Source of the DNA: an uncultured Dehalococcoidales bacterium
GTDB lineage: Bacteria; Chloroflexota; Dehalococcoidia; GIF9; AB-539-J10
Direction of reading: 5' to 3'
DNA length: 39,183 nucleotides
Assembly: GCA_964534285.1 (NCBI GenBank)
Contig: CAZHQV010000004.1
Location: forward strand, 1 to 39,183
Shown here: positions 17,272 to 27,352 of the stretch, piece after piece
How the letters are laid out: the number at the start of each line of letters is the position of its first letter
How positions within the stretch are numbered: the first letter of the stretch is position 1
Translations under genes and position numbers: made by a program
Notes under the pieces: generated by a model
What the model was told of the DNA's origin: nothing
The model's input: the letters and a program-made list of their open reading frames with translations, nothing else
The model's database searches: none

Positions 17272-17565
17272 CTAAGGACCTGGGAGAATCTCTATTTCTG
17301 AACCCAGTAGCTCCAAATCAGGGTAGTTTTGGCTGATGAACCTGACTACGCCCGATAAGATCTCCTGGGCATGTCCTCCGTGGTTGCTAACGGCAGCGAC
17401 ACCCAAGGTGGCCAGCTGCCATAACTCCTGATTATCAACTTCAGCTACAGAGACATTACAGTCATTTCGCAGCCGCGTGCTTATGGACTTGATCACCCGC
17501 CGCTTTCCCTTAAGAGATTGATTCTCTGGAAGGCGAAGCTCTATACGGCATACGCCGATGTTCAT
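17272..17565 (-). CDS. DUF503 family protein (YlxP-like)
   Basis: 97 aa. The N-terminus MNIGVCRIELRLPENQSLKGKRRVIKSI is typical. Confidence 0.75.
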   Translation of the reverse strand: MNIGVCRIELRLPENQSLKGKRRVIKSISTRLRNDCNVSVAEVDNQELWQLATLGVAAVSNHGGHAQEILSGVVRFISQNYPDLELLGSEIEILPGP

Positions 17566-17578
17566 CCTTTGTCAATGA

Positions 17579-17872
17579 TCAAATTCGCTGTTCTCTAACC
17601 TTGGCGTAACAGTCACCGCAGTATACGGGCCGTCCCTCCTTAGGCTCAAAGGGCACTTCGGTCTCGCATCCGCAGCTGGCACATGTTGCCTTATACATTA
17701 TTCTTGGCCGACTGTAATTGCCGCCGTACCTCCGCCTGGAAGCACGGCACTCGGGGCAGCGAGCAGGTTCATGCTGCAAACCGCGCGTCTGATAGAATTC
17801 TTGTTCGCCTACGGTGAACACAAAGTTTCTACCACACTCCCGGCAAGTAAGGGTCTTGTCTGCTAGAGCCAC
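17579..17872 (-). CDS. Zinc-ribbon protein (CxxC-x17-CxxC type)
   Basis: CRECGRNFVFTVGEQEFYQ..CPECR plus CASCGCETEVPF..PVYCGDCY. The start is GTG, preceded by AAAGGAGGTG. Confidence 0.7.
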   Translation of the reverse strand: MALADKTLTCRECGRNFVFTVGEQEFYQTRGLQHEPARCPECRASRRRYGGNYSRPRIMYKATCASCGCETEVPFEPKEGRPVYCGDCYAKVREQRI

Positions 17873-18073
17873 TGCACACCTCCTTTATCAATAGCTTTTT
17901 ACCTTGCTTAGTTGCAGTCTCCGCAGAACCAAGACCTCTCCCGGACAGTCACTAGATACGCTCAAGGATAGCAACAACTCAAGGTATAACCACGAATACT
18001 ATACGCTGCGACGCTTAGATAAGTCAAGGTCAAAAAACACTAGTTCCAGCTTGTACAATTGTTTCTTGAGTCA

Positions 18074-18082
18074 TGGTATAAT
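18074..18082 (+). promoter_or_regulatory. Extended -10 element (TGGTATAAT) upstream of rpsO
   Basis: A TGnTATAAT match lies 36 nt before the rpsO TTG start. No good -35 is present. Confidence 0.35.
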
Positions 18083-18117
18083 CTTAGCCGATCTCAAACC
18101 ATAGGACGGACGGGTTA

Positions 18118-18381
18118 TTGGATAAGGAAAAGAAGGGAGCTCTAATCTCGGAATTCAGGCTTCACGAAAAGGACGCTGGCTCTACGCAAGTTCAGGTAGC
18201 GCTGCTGAGCGAGGGAATTAACCAGATAAGCGAGCACCTAAAAGCAAATTCCCATGACTATCACTCTCAACGTGCGCTTCTTAAGCTCATAGGGCGGCGC
18301 AAAAGGCTACTGGCCTATCTCAGTAGAACCGAGCCTGACGAGTATCGTTCTCTTATTGCTAAGTTGGGCTTAAGGAAGTAG
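18118..18381 (+). CDS. rpsO: 30S ribosomal protein S15
   Basis: GSTQVQVALLSEGINQISEHLK..HDYHSQRALLKLIGRRKRLLAYL. The start codon is TTG. Confidence 0.95.
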   Translation: MDKEKKGALISEFRLHEKDAGSTQVQVALLSEGINQISEHLKANSHDYHSQRALLKLIGRRKRLLAYLSRTEPDEYRSLIAKLGLRK

Positions 18382-18397
18382 TCGAAGGTCTAGCAAG

Positions 18398-20572
18398 ATG
18401 TCCCAGACCTTTTCTTGCTTATTGAGTAATCGATCATTTACCATTGAAGTAGGGAAATTCGCTCTACAGGCCAATGGTGCGGTTGTCGTGCGTTACGGGG
18501 ACACAGTGGTCTTGGTCACAGCCTGTGTGGGCCGTGAGCCGATAGAAAAACAGGATTTTGTGCCGCTGACGGTGAACTATGAGGAGAAACTGTACGCGGC
18601 AGGGAAAATACCAGGCAGCTTCATTAGAAGGGAGGGGCGCCCGAGTGAGGAAGCCACCCTCACCAGCCGGCTGATAGATAGATGTCTGCGGCCCCTTATC
18701 CCCAAGGAATTCAATTACGAAATCCAAGTCATAGCTACTGTTCTTTCCGCCGACAAAGAAAGCGACCCTGACATCTGTGCCCTTGTCGGAGCCTCAGCAG
18801 CCCTAACTATATCCGACATCCCCTTCTCTGGGCCGGTATCAGCAGTCCATGTTGGCTATTTGGATAGCAAGTTAGTTGTAAATCCTAGCTTAACGCAGAT
18901 TGAGGATAGCCTGATTGACTTGGTTGTGGCCAGCACTAAGCAAGCCATAGTAATGGTGGAGGCGGGGGCTAAGGAGAGCTCCGAAGAGATCATACTGGAG
19001 GCAATTCAATTTGGTCATGAAGCTAATCAGGAAATAATCAAACTTCAAGAGGAGCTACAGCAATCCTATAGCAAGGCAAAAACGGCTACTAGTGCTAAGG
19101 AAATCAACCCTGAACTTGCAAAGCTTCTCCTCAGCACCGTTGGAGATAAGCTAAGGCGGACCGTGGAGCATAAGGAGAAATCACAACGAGAACAAGCCCG
19201 GGCGCTAGTCGAGGAGGAAGCCACACAGAAATTGGCGAATTCCTTTACTGAAGAGGAAATCATTCCTGCGCTTGAGGCTCAGTTCAGGACAGAGGCAAGA
19301 AGAAAGATACTAGAAGAGAGGCGGCATCTAGATGGTCGTCAAGCAAACGAGATTCGCCCTATCAGTTGTGAAGTGGGCCTCCTGCCTCGGGCTCACGGTT
19401 CTGGTCTATTCAGGCGCGGTGAAACACAGGTGCTGACCGTGGCCACTCTAGGTTCCACAAAGAAAGAACAACTACTAGATGGGTTGGGTCTGGAGGAGAC
19501 GAAGCGCTTTATGCATCACTACAATTTTGCTCCCTTTTCTACTGGTGAAGTCAGGAGGGTGGGGGCGCCCGGCAGGCGAGAAATTGGGCACGGCGCTTTG
19601 GTCGAGCGTGCCATCGCTCCCGTGCTGCCCGCAGAGGAAGATTTCCCTTACGCTATTCGCATAGTCTCCGAAGTGCTGAGTTCTAGTGGCAGCACTTCTA
19701 TGGCCAGTGCGTGCGGTTCGACGCTTTCCTTAATGGATGCCGGCGTGCCTATTAAGGCGCCTGTAGCTGGCATAGCCATGGGCCTGCTTATCGGCGAGGA
19801 CAGCGACTACGTTATCCTCACTGATATTGAGGGTGTGGAGGATGCCTACGGTGACATGGATTTCAAGGTCGCAGGGACATCCCGAGGAATTACAGCTCTA
19901 CAGCTTGATATCAAACTGCAGGGGATAAAGCCTCAAATCCTGGCTGAATCCTTAGATAGGGCTCACCAAGCCCGCCTGGAGATATTGGAAAAGATACAGC
20001 AAACCATCAGTGCCAGCCGCCCGGAACTCAGCCCCTACGCACCAAGGATGTACAAGATGAGTATTAACCCAGATAAGATTGGCAGCCTTATTGGTCCTGG
20101 AGGCAAGACTATAAGATCCATCATAGATGAGACTAAGACCACTATAGACGTGACTAATGACGGCACTGTGGTTGTTGGTTCGCCTGATCAAGAAGCGGCT
20201 CAGAAAGCAATGAACATGATACAAGACTTGACTCGGGAGGTGAAGGTGGGGGATATTTATACTGGGAGAGTAACGCGGGTGCTAAATTTCGGTGCCATGG
20301 TAGAAATCCTGCCCGGAAAGGAAGGGCTGGTCCATATAAGCGAACTCGCTGAACACCGTGTTCCTAGAGTCGAGGATGTTGTTAAAGTTGGTGACGAGGT
20401 CATGGTCAAAGTGACTGAAATTGACAGCATGGGTAGGATAAACTTGTCACGAAGAGCAGTATTTGAAGGGCTTTCTCGTATTCCTGGTGCTAGGACAGAG
20501 GATTCCCTGACTGGCAGACATCCCTCGCAAAAGGAACCCCGCTATCATAGAGGGAATCGCCCTAACCGCTAG
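18398..20572 (+). CDS. pnp: Polynucleotide phosphorylase
   Basis: 724 aa with two RNase PH domains plus KH (GPGGKTIRSI) and S1 (GRVTRVLNFGAMVEI). It follows rpsO. Confidence 0.95.
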   Translation: MSQTFSCLLSNRSFTIEVGKFALQANGAVVVRYGDTVVLVTACVGREPIEKQDFVPLTVNYEEKLYAAGKIPGSFIRREGRPSEEATLTSRLIDRCLRPLIPKEFNYEIQVIATVLSADKESDPDICALVGASAALTISDIPFSGPVSAVHVGYLDSKLVVNPSLTQIEDSLIDLVVASTKQAIVMVEAGAKESSEEIILEAIQFGHEANQEIIKLQEELQQSYSKAKTATSAKEINPELAKLLLSTVGDKLRRTVEHKEKSQREQARALVEEEATQKLANSFTEEEIIPALEAQFRTEARRKILEERRHLDGRQANEIRPISCEVGLLPRAHGSGLFRRGETQVLTVATLGSTKKEQLLDGLGLEETKRFMHHYNFAPFSTGEVRRVGAPGRREIGHGALVERAIAPVLPAEEDFPYAIRIVSEVLSSSGSTSMASACGSTLSLMDAGVPIKAPVAGIAMGLLIGEDSDYVILTDIEGVEDAYGDMDFKVAGTSRGITALQLDIKLQGIKPQILAESLDRAHQARLEILEKIQQTISASRPELSPYAPRMYKMSINPDKIGSLIGPGGKTIRSIIDETKTTIDVTNDGTVVVGSPDQEAAQKAMNMIQDLTREVKVGDIYTGRVTRVLNFGAMVEILPGKEGLVHISELAEHRVPRVEDVVKVGDEVMVKVTEIDSMGRINLSRRAVFEGLSRIPGARTEDSLTGRHPSQKEPRYHRGNRPNR

Positions 20573-20605
20573 GGTAGATAGCTGCCGATCAGCAATGGGG
20601 GGAAT

Positions 20606-21397
20606 ATGGAAGTGATAAGAGTAGTGGTCAATGGGGCTTTAGGTAGGATGGGACAGGAGGTGATCAAGGCGGTAGTCCGTGAGCCCGAATTGAAGTTGGT
20701 TGGTGCTGCAGAGAAGAATGTAACCCAAAAATACCTGCCCCTTACTCACGACTTCGTACCGTTCTCCTCGGATTTGGAATCTCTTCTTAACAGTTGCAAT
20801 GCCCATGTGGTGGTAGATTTTACCACCGCTGAAGTCTCCATGAAAGCCGCTCGCGTAGCTACCAAGCAACAGGTCAATCTGGTCATAGGCACCACGGGCC
20901 TTTCTCAGGAGAATTTGGCAGAGATCGGACAGATGTGTCAGGACAACGGTGTCGGGGCTGTAGTAGCCCCCAATTTTTCCTTGGGAGCAGTTGTCTTGAT
21001 GCATTTGGCAAAGATTGCGGCCAGATTCTTTGAGCATGCTGAGATCTTAGAAATGCACCATGACAAGAAAATCGATGCCCCGTCTGGGACTGCCATAAAC
21101 ACAGCTAGAGGCATGGTAGAAGCACATGGCACACCATTCATCTTCCCCAAGACCGATCGGGAGATAATTGAAGGCACCAGAGGTGGGCAAATTGAAGGGA
21201 TAGCTATTCACAGCCTACGCTTGCCAGGATTCATGGCCGGTCAAGAGGTCATTTTGGCAAAGACGGGAGAAACCCTCAGCTTACGCCATGAGATTATCAG
21301 TCGGGAGTCGTATATGCCTGGCGTCATCCTGGCCGTCAAAGAGGTCACCAACCGTAAAGGCCTCACCTATGGATTAGATGCTTTGCTAGACCTGTAA
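20606..21397 (+). CDS. dapB: 4-hydroxy-tetrahydrodipicolinate reductase
   Basis: VNGALGRMG NAD-binding motif, EMHHDKKIDAPSGTA signature, 263 aa. Confidence 0.9.
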   Translation: MEVIRVVVNGALGRMGQEVIKAVVREPELKLVGAAEKNVTQKYLPLTHDFVPFSSDLESLLNSCNAHVVVDFTTAEVSMKAARVATKQQVNLVIGTTGLSQENLAEIGQMCQDNGVGAVVAPNFSLGAVVLMHLAKIAARFFEHAEILEMHHDKKIDAPSGTAINTARGMVEAHGTPFIFPKTDREIIEGTRGGQIEGIAIHSLRLPGFMAGQEVILAKTGETLSLRHEIISRESYMPGVILAVKEVTNRKGLTYGLDALLDL

Positions 21398-21408
21398 AGG
21401 GAAGAACC

Positions 21409-22449
21409 ATGGAAGAGTTCAATGTAGCCATTGTCGGTGCCACCGGGCTTGTAGGGCAAGAACTACTCAGGATACTCGACCAACGGAGATTTCCCGTAGC
21501 CTCGGTCAGATTGTTGGCTTCGGACCATTCTTCCGGGACAAAGCTTTTCTTTAATCACCAAGAAATTGAAGTCACTGAGGCCGAACCAAAGATATTTCGT
21601 GGCATCGATATCGCCCTTTTCTCGGCGGGAGCCGATATTAGTCGCCAAGTGGCACCTCTGGCTGTTGAAGCTGGTGCTGTAGTGATTGACAACAGCGCTG
21701 CTTTCAGAATGGATCCTACGGTTCCTCTGCTGGTTCCTGAGGTAAATCCTGAAGATATGGAATGGCATAGCGGGATAATCGCCAGTCCAAGTTGCATTAC
21801 AGTTCAGTTGGTGGTGGCTCTCTATCCCTTGCATAAGGTTAATCCTATGAAGCGTATTATCGTAAGCACCTATGAAGCGGTGTCAGGCACTGGTGCTGCA
21901 GCCGTCAACGAACTGACTACTCAAGCCAAACTGGTTGTAGAGGGGCATAGCATTTGTCCTCACGTTTACACTCATCAAATAGCCTTCAATCTGTTGCCGG
22001 AGATAGGCGTTTTCTTGGGCAATGGCTATACTAAGGAAGAACGGATGATCTTGGAAGAAACACGTAAGATAATGCATTCTGAGAATATAGCTGTTTCGGC
22101 AACATGCGTCAGGGTTCCTGTCTACTTTGGGCACAGCGAGGCAGTCAACGTGGAGTTTAGCTCGCCCATGACAGCCGAAGAGGCGAGGAAGATCTTGGCT
22201 CAGGCACCGGGGGTCAAAGTAATTGACGATCCCAGTGTCAGCCTTTACCCTCAACCTTGGGCAGCCACTGGGTCAGATAACGTATTCGTGGGCAGGATTC
22301 GAGAGGATCTCTGTTGTGGTAACGGGCTGGTCATGTGGATAGTGGCCGATAATCTGCGCAAAGGGGCGGCGCTAAATGCTGTGCAGATTGCTGAGGAAGG
22401 TCTACGTATGGGTTGGATAAAACCTAAGAATTGGTCATTTCGAAAATGA
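21409..22449 (+). CDS. asd: Aspartate-semialdehyde dehydrogenase
   Basis: VAIVGATGLVGQ and the active-site region IIASPSCITVQ. 346 aa. Confidence 0.9.
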   Translation: MEEFNVAIVGATGLVGQELLRILDQRRFPVASVRLLASDHSSGTKLFFNHQEIEVTEAEPKIFRGIDIALFSAGADISRQVAPLAVEAGAVVIDNSAAFRMDPTVPLLVPEVNPEDMEWHSGIIASPSCITVQLVVALYPLHKVNPMKRIIVSTYEAVSGTGAAAVNELTTQAKLVVEGHSICPHVYTHQIAFNLLPEIGVFLGNGYTKEERMILEETRKIMHSENIAVSATCVRVPVYFGHSEAVNVEFSSPMTAEEARKILAQAPGVKVIDDPSVSLYPQPWAATGSDNVFVGRIREDLCCGNGLVMWIVADNLRKGAALNAVQIAEEGLRMGWIKPKNWSFRK

Positions 22450-23339
22450 AAAAGCTAGGTCGCTTACTAACTGCTATGGTTACTCCCTTCGATGCTGAGG
22501 GCAAAGTTGACTACCAACAGGCTAGGAATCTGGCTAGAGCTTTGCTGGACTCTGGCAGCGACGGTCTTGTCATCTCAGGTACTACCGGGGAATCCCCCAC
22601 TCTGAGCTCGGAAGAGAAACTGCGCCTTTTCTCTGAGGTCAAGTCAGCCATAGCCGATCGCGGAACAGTAGTGGCTGGCACTGGCAGTTATGCCACTGCA
22701 GAAAGTCGGCAACTGACGAAGGAAGCAGAGAGAATTGGAGTTGACGCTTGCCTCCTGGTGGTCCCTTACTACAATCGGCCAACCCAGCAAGGACTAGTGG
22801 AGCATTTCAAGGCCATTGCTGAGAGTACTACCCTACCTTGCATTCTGTACAACGTGCCGTCACGCACAGTTACCAACCTCGCTTCGGACACTGTCATCAA
22901 GCTGAGTGAAATCGATAATGTCGTCGGAGTAAAGGAAGCAAGCGGGAACCTTGCTCAAATATCTGCCATCATACAAGGGGCCAGAGACGACTTCTTGGTT
23001 TACAGCGGCAATGATGCTGATACATTACCCATACTTGGTTTGGGTGGCTATGGCGCGGTTGGTGTTGCTTCTCACCTGGTGGGAAACCAGATAAAAGAAA
23101 TGATGGAGACATTTCTTAGCGGCAAAGTGGGGGAGGCGGCAGCCATCCATCGCCGTTTGCTCCCTCTAGTCAATGCTCTGTTCATAATCCCCAATCCCAT
23201 GCCCGTCAAATACGCCCTGAACTCTCTGGGTTTTCCTGTGGGCAAACCTCGCTTACCTTTAACCGAGCCGGACGAGAAATCAGCTGAGATTATTCAGGCG
23301 ACGTTAAAGGACTATAAGATCGACTTGGCGATCCCGTAA
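22446..23339 (+). CDS. dapA: 4-hydroxy-tetrahydrodipicolinate synthase
   Basis: LTAMVTPF, GTTGESPTLS and YNVPSRT motifs. The ATG at 22446 overlaps the asd stop (ATGA). The tracked TTG at 22431 is less likely. Confidence 0.9.
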   Translation: MKKLGRLLTAMVTPFDAEGKVDYQQARNLARALLDSGSDGLVISGTTGESPTLSSEEKLRLFSEVKSAIADRGTVVAGTGSYATAESRQLTKEAERIGVDACLLVVPYYNRPTQQGLVEHFKAIAESTTLPCILYNVPSRTVTNLASDTVIKLSEIDNVVGVKEASGNLAQISAIIQGARDDFLVYSGNDADTLPILGLGGYGAVGVASHLVGNQIKEMMETFLSGKVGEAAAIHRRLLPLVNALFIIPNPMPVKYALNSLGFPVGKPRLPLTEPDEKSAEIIQATLKDYKIDLAIP

Positions 23340-23343
23340 GAGG

Positions 23344-24633
23344 TCATTGAGGAAGTCTGGATCTCGCCCTTATCACTTGCTCTCGCTCGCGACCCACTGA
23401 GATTAGACCGACAGGGCAACAAGTGATTTCCTCAAGCCTGGCCACATATTGGTGAGCCTCTGTGGGCAGGTCATCGAGATTGCGGATATCAGCTATCGGC
23501 CCTTGCCAACCTGCTAGCTCTTCGTATATAGGTTGGCATTTCTCGAGTATTGCTACACTGCCGGGCAAGCGACTCAGCACCTCGTTTCCAAATTTGTAAG
23601 CGGTGCATATTCGAACCGAAGGGAATGCGTCGAAAACATCAAGGTGAGTCAAAGCTATCTCGGTACAGCCGTTTACCTGAACACTGAAACGGCCGGCAAC
23701 TGCGTCAAACCAACCGCACCTCCGTGGCCTGCCTGTAGTAGCCCCGTATTCATGAGCTTTTTCCCGAATCAGTCCACCAACTTCGTCCTGTAGCTCAGTA
23801 GGCATAGGCCCACCGCCAACTCTAGTGGTATAGGCTTTGAACACGCCAACGACATGATCAATTTGCATGGGACCTATTCCCGATCCAAGAGAGGCGCTCC
23901 CAGCTAATGGCGAAGATGAAGTCACGTAGGGATAAGTACCATAGTCGGGGTCGAGCAATGTCCCTTGAGCTCCTTCTAGCAGAATTGACTTCCCTGTCCT
24001 CAGTGCTTCATGAAGCATGTCGGTGGTCTCCCGAATAAAAGGAGTCAGTTGCTCCCCATAACGCCAATACTGTTCATAGATTGCCTCAAGTGACAAGGGT
24101 GACACTTCGTATACCTTTGTTAGAATGGCATTCTTGAATTCAAGGGTTGACTTGAGACGGCTCAAGAATGTGTCTTTGTCTAGTAAGTCCCCAGCGCGAA
24201 TTCCCAGTCGAGCCACCTTATCAGCGAAGACGGGACCAATTCCTCTACGTGTTGTACCCAAAGCTCCCCCCCCACGCCTTTCCTCCTCCAATCCGTCAAG
24301 AAGGGTGTGATAGGGCATGACGAGGTGTGAGCGGTCACTGATAACCAGGCGGCTTGTATCGACTCCGTGCGTCTGAAGCTCATCGATTTCCCCAAGAAGG
24401 GTCGCTGGATTGATAGCCACACCGCTGCCAATAATACAAGTTACTTGGGGATAGAAAATGCCTGAGGGTATCAGATGCAGCCTAAACTCGCCGTAAGGGC
24501 CGATTACCGTATGGCCGGCATTGTCCCCTCCTGAGAAACGAACTACCACATCCACCTTCTCGGCCAGAAGATCGATCACCCGCCCTTTGCCTTCGTCACC
24601 CCATTGACCGCCTATGACAGCTATGACAGCCAT
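23344..24633 (-). CDS. purA: Adenylosuccinate synthetase
   Basis: GGQWGDEGKGRVIDLL P-loop, GTTRRGIGP, 429 aa. Confidence 0.95.
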   Translation of the reverse strand: MAVIAVIGGQWGDEGKGRVIDLLAEKVDVVVRFSGGDNAGHTVIGPYGEFRLHLIPSGIFYPQVTCIIGSGVAINPATLLGEIDELQTHGVDTSRLVISDRSHLVMPYHTLLDGLEEERRGGGALGTTRRGIGPVFADKVARLGIRAGDLLDKDTFLSRLKSTLEFKNAILTKVYEVSPLSLEAIYEQYWRYGEQLTPFIRETTDMLHEALRTGKSILLEGAQGTLLDPDYGTYPYVTSSSPLAGSASLGSGIGPMQIDHVVGVFKAYTTRVGGGPMPTELQDEVGGLIREKAHEYGATTGRPRRCGWFDAVAGRFSVQVNGCTEIALTHLDVFDAFPSVRICTAYKFGNEVLSRLPGSVAILEKCQPIYEELAGWQGPIADIRNLDDLPTEAHQYVARLEEITCCPVGLISVGREREQVIRARSRLPQ

Positions 24634-25227
24634 TCAGTCGCCTCCGGCCTTGGTCTTCCGCCGTAAGTAGAACATCCTTTCAACCACAGTAACATAGACG
24701 AAGACCACCAAAACCCATAAAGCGATGTAGACATGATTCAACATCAAACCCAGAGCCAACACTATAACCCTTTCCGCTCTAGTAAACAAGCCAACGTTGC
24801 ATTCTAACCCCGCTCCCTCTGCCCTGGCTCTTATATAGCTAACAAGGAAGGAGCCGACTAGGGCAGCAAAAACAAGCACAGTTTCCAAATCTGCCCCCGT
24901 TGACATATACCAAACCAGAAGACCACAGAATATGGCTGCTTCAGAGATGCGGTCAGTGACAGAGTCCAAGATAGCGCCGAACTTCGTGGTTTGTCCTACG
25001 AAGCGGGCTAGAGCTCCATCAAGAAGGTCAAACAAACCAGCGACTAGAATGAGTATCCCAGCAGCAAGAAACTGATGAATGGCAATAAGGTAAGCCGCAC
25101 CAATATTGATTGCTAGCCCAAGGGAAGTCAGAACATCAGGTTTCACCCCAGTTCTGCTCAGAAATCTGAGTATAGGTCTAGTAATGCGTGAAGCTAGATT
25201 CCCTCGAAGCTCCGCCAGACTACTCAT
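24634..25227 (-). CDS. CDP-alcohol phosphatidyltransferase (candidate phosphatidylinositol-phosphate synthase)
   Basis: Exact D-x2-DG-x2-AR-x8-G-x3-D-x3-D motif (DLLDGALARFVGQTTKFGAILDSVTD). It is multi-TM and clusters with inositol-3-phosphate synthase. Confidence 0.85.
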   Translation of the reverse strand: MSSLAELRGNLASRITRPILRFLSRTGVKPDVLTSLGLAINIGAAYLIAIHQFLAAGILILVAGLFDLLDGALARFVGQTTKFGAILDSVTDRISEAAIFCGLLVWYMSTGADLETVLVFAALVGSFLVSYIRARAEGAGLECNVGLFTRAERVIVLALGLMLNHVYIALWVLVVFVYVTVVERMFYLRRKTKAGGD

Positions 25228-25232
25228 CTAAG

Positions 25233-26141
25233 CTAATTCACTATCCCTTGTTCTTGCAGGAAGTCAACTACACCTCGAATCTGCTCGGCCTCATTCCACT
25301 CAGCAATTTCGCAAACCTTGATTGCATCATGGGGTAGGTATCCTGCCACCATGTTCCAATCTACGTCTCCTTCACCCGGAGGGCGGTGGTCACAAATACC
25401 ACGAACATCGTGCAGATGGATGCCGATGATCCTATCTCCAAACCGCGAGAGCCATTCTTCGTGTGGGGTAAAGCCAAGCCGTTCGTTTACTTCAGCGTGC
25501 CCCACATCATGCCAATACCCGACTAGGCCCCCCTCTCCTTTTCTGAGTAGCTCCTCCATTTCACCTATGTTTGGTATCTCACGAAAGTAGAATCTGGTCT
25601 CAAGACCAAGCATTATTCCCTTGGCCCGACTGTCTTCGCTAAGCGCTTCTAGGCTTCTTCTCGCCGCTTCGAGGTAAGGGGGAGCTTTAGAAATACGTTG
25701 GTAAGTGAGACTCTTCTTAACCTTGCTATATCTTTCACTCTGGGTAAGGTTCAGTTGGTGGAGCCGACGCAATTCATGTTCCAGACCAAGGCCAATAGGG
25801 ACTTCTCCCATATGAAGAACGATTGCCTTAGCTCCAACCTCGTAGGCAAGGCCAATGGCCTTCTTGGCGAAGCTCACAGCCTGATGTCTTTCGTTTTCCT
25901 CAAGAGAGCTTAGGGAAAGATTAGCCACCGGCGTGCCTTTCGGTGATAGTACTGCGGGAGAGGGAGAGTGAATGCTTGAAATAGGAATAGAAGTTTGGAT
26001 GAGCTCAGCCAACTGTTGGGGGGAAACCGACGCATTCACCTCCACATGGCTGAAGCCGAATTCCTTAGCTTTGGCAGCAAATTCTGCCATGCTGAGAAAC
26101 CTATCCTTGACCCACATAGTGGAAAGGGAAACTTGAGGCAA
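25233..26141 (-). CDS. Xylose-isomerase-like TIM-barrel protein (sugar phosphate isomerase/epimerase; the family also contains IolE/IolI)
   Basis: 302 aa. VLHMGE, LGLETRF, WHDVGHAEV and IHLHD..DH..PGEG are metal-ligand blocks typical of the AP_endonuc_2 fold. Confidence 0.7.
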   Translation of the reverse strand: MPQVSLSTMWVKDRFLSMAEFAAKAKEFGFSHVEVNASVSPQQLAELIQTSIPISSIHSPSPAVLSPKGTPVANLSLSSLEENERHQAVSFAKKAIGLAYEVGAKAIVLHMGEVPIGLGLEHELRRLHQLNLTQSERYSKVKKSLTYQRISKAPPYLEAARRSLEALSEDSRAKGIMLGLETRFYFREIPNIGEMEELLRKGEGGLVGYWHDVGHAEVNERLGFTPHEEWLSRFGDRIIGIHLHDVRGICDHRPPGEGDVDWNMVAGYLPHDAIKVCEIAEWNEAEQIRGVVDFLQEQGIVN

Positions 26142-26155
26142 ATTGCGCCTTTTCC

Positions 26156-27258
26156 TTATAGAAGCTGTTGTTCTACCTCTCTATAGACTTCAAGGGTCTT
26201 TTCCGCTGTCTGTTCCCAGGAGAACTTGGCCGCTTGGTCCATCCCCTTTTCTACAAGGCTTTTGCTAAGCTCCTTATCAGTGAGAACCTTATCCAAGGCC
26301 TTTACCAGGCCCTCAATATCCTCGGGTGAAACCTTGATTGCTGCCCCGTCTACTACCTCTGGCAATGAGGAGCTGTCAGAGGTTATCACTGGCCAGCCAC
26401 AAGCCATTGCCTCCAGCGGAGCAAAGCCAAAACCCTCGTACAGGGAGGGGAGAACAAAGCACTCAGCACCGCAGTAGCGGGCTCTCAAATCTTCCCCGGA
26501 GACAAACTCGGTGAATATCACTTCCCCGTCTAAATTCAGGGATTTTATGACCTTCATGGTCTGCTTTCTGAAATCTGTCTCCTTCCCCCAGCCTTGCCTA
26601 CTTTGACCAACTTTAGGTCTCTGAACTGCCTTCGTTCCTTGAGCTTTCCAAATGCTCTGATCAAAGTCGGCAGGTTCTTTCTCGGCTGTTCCGAACCGAC
26701 GAAGAGGATGTAAGGATATGCAAAGTCACTAGGGTGAGCCGAGGCCCTGAGAATTGAATGGTTGATACCTTCATACACGACTCTTACTCGCTCCTCAGGT
26801 ATTTTGAGGTAATACATTAGATCTCTCTTAGTAGCTTGAGATACTGCAATTATTCTCGTTGCCTTTGTGACGCCTCTATAATCAAGGTTCAGATAGAATC
26901 TATCCCGAAAGTTGGGACGATGAATATATGTTCCGTATCCCTTGCGATCAAAATACCTGATAAGGTCGTGGACGGTCATAATGTAGGATATCTTGAGGAA
27001 GTTCCCATAGCGCCCCAGGTGCTGGTTAGGCAAATGCACTACTCCACTCAATTTTTTGAGCAGCTTCAGGGCATTCCAGTCATCCAGGATAGCCCTCAAT
27101 GCTTCTCTTGATAACCAAGAGATGTTAAACCTCTCGGAAATGTGCTGATAGATGTCTGAGTAGACTCTAGGGACATCCAGCTTGTCAGCAAGCTTCTGAG
27201 AGTATAAATCCAGTGAGCCAGAACCTGTTGTCACCACCAGGGTTACCATTGAAGCCAC
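26156..27258 (-). pseudogene. GT4-family glycosyltransferase interrupted by a frameshift (two ORFs, 26554..27258 and 26156..26557)
   Basis: The C-terminal ORF has the GT4 motif EGFGFAPLEAMACGWPVI. The N-terminal ORF ends ..LKLVKVGKAGGRRQISESRP. Read in the other frame, the same DNA gives GWGKETDFRKQTMKVIKSLNLDGEVIFTEFVS, the expected GT4 continuation. The frames switch at a G5 run (C5 on the plus strand, 26585-26589). Confidence 0.75.
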
Positions 27259-27352
27259 CTAAACGCATCAGACCCAGTTGGGCCTCACCAAGCAAGGTAA
27301 CATAATAATCGGTTGCCTTTGAGCTATATTTGCCCAGCTATCTTTCTTTCAT

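Noticed and set aside
23791-23802. tRNA D-arm-like string TAGCTCAGTAGG
   Set aside because: It lies inside and antisense to the well-supported purA CDS. No acceptor stem, anticodon arm or T-arm can be built around it.
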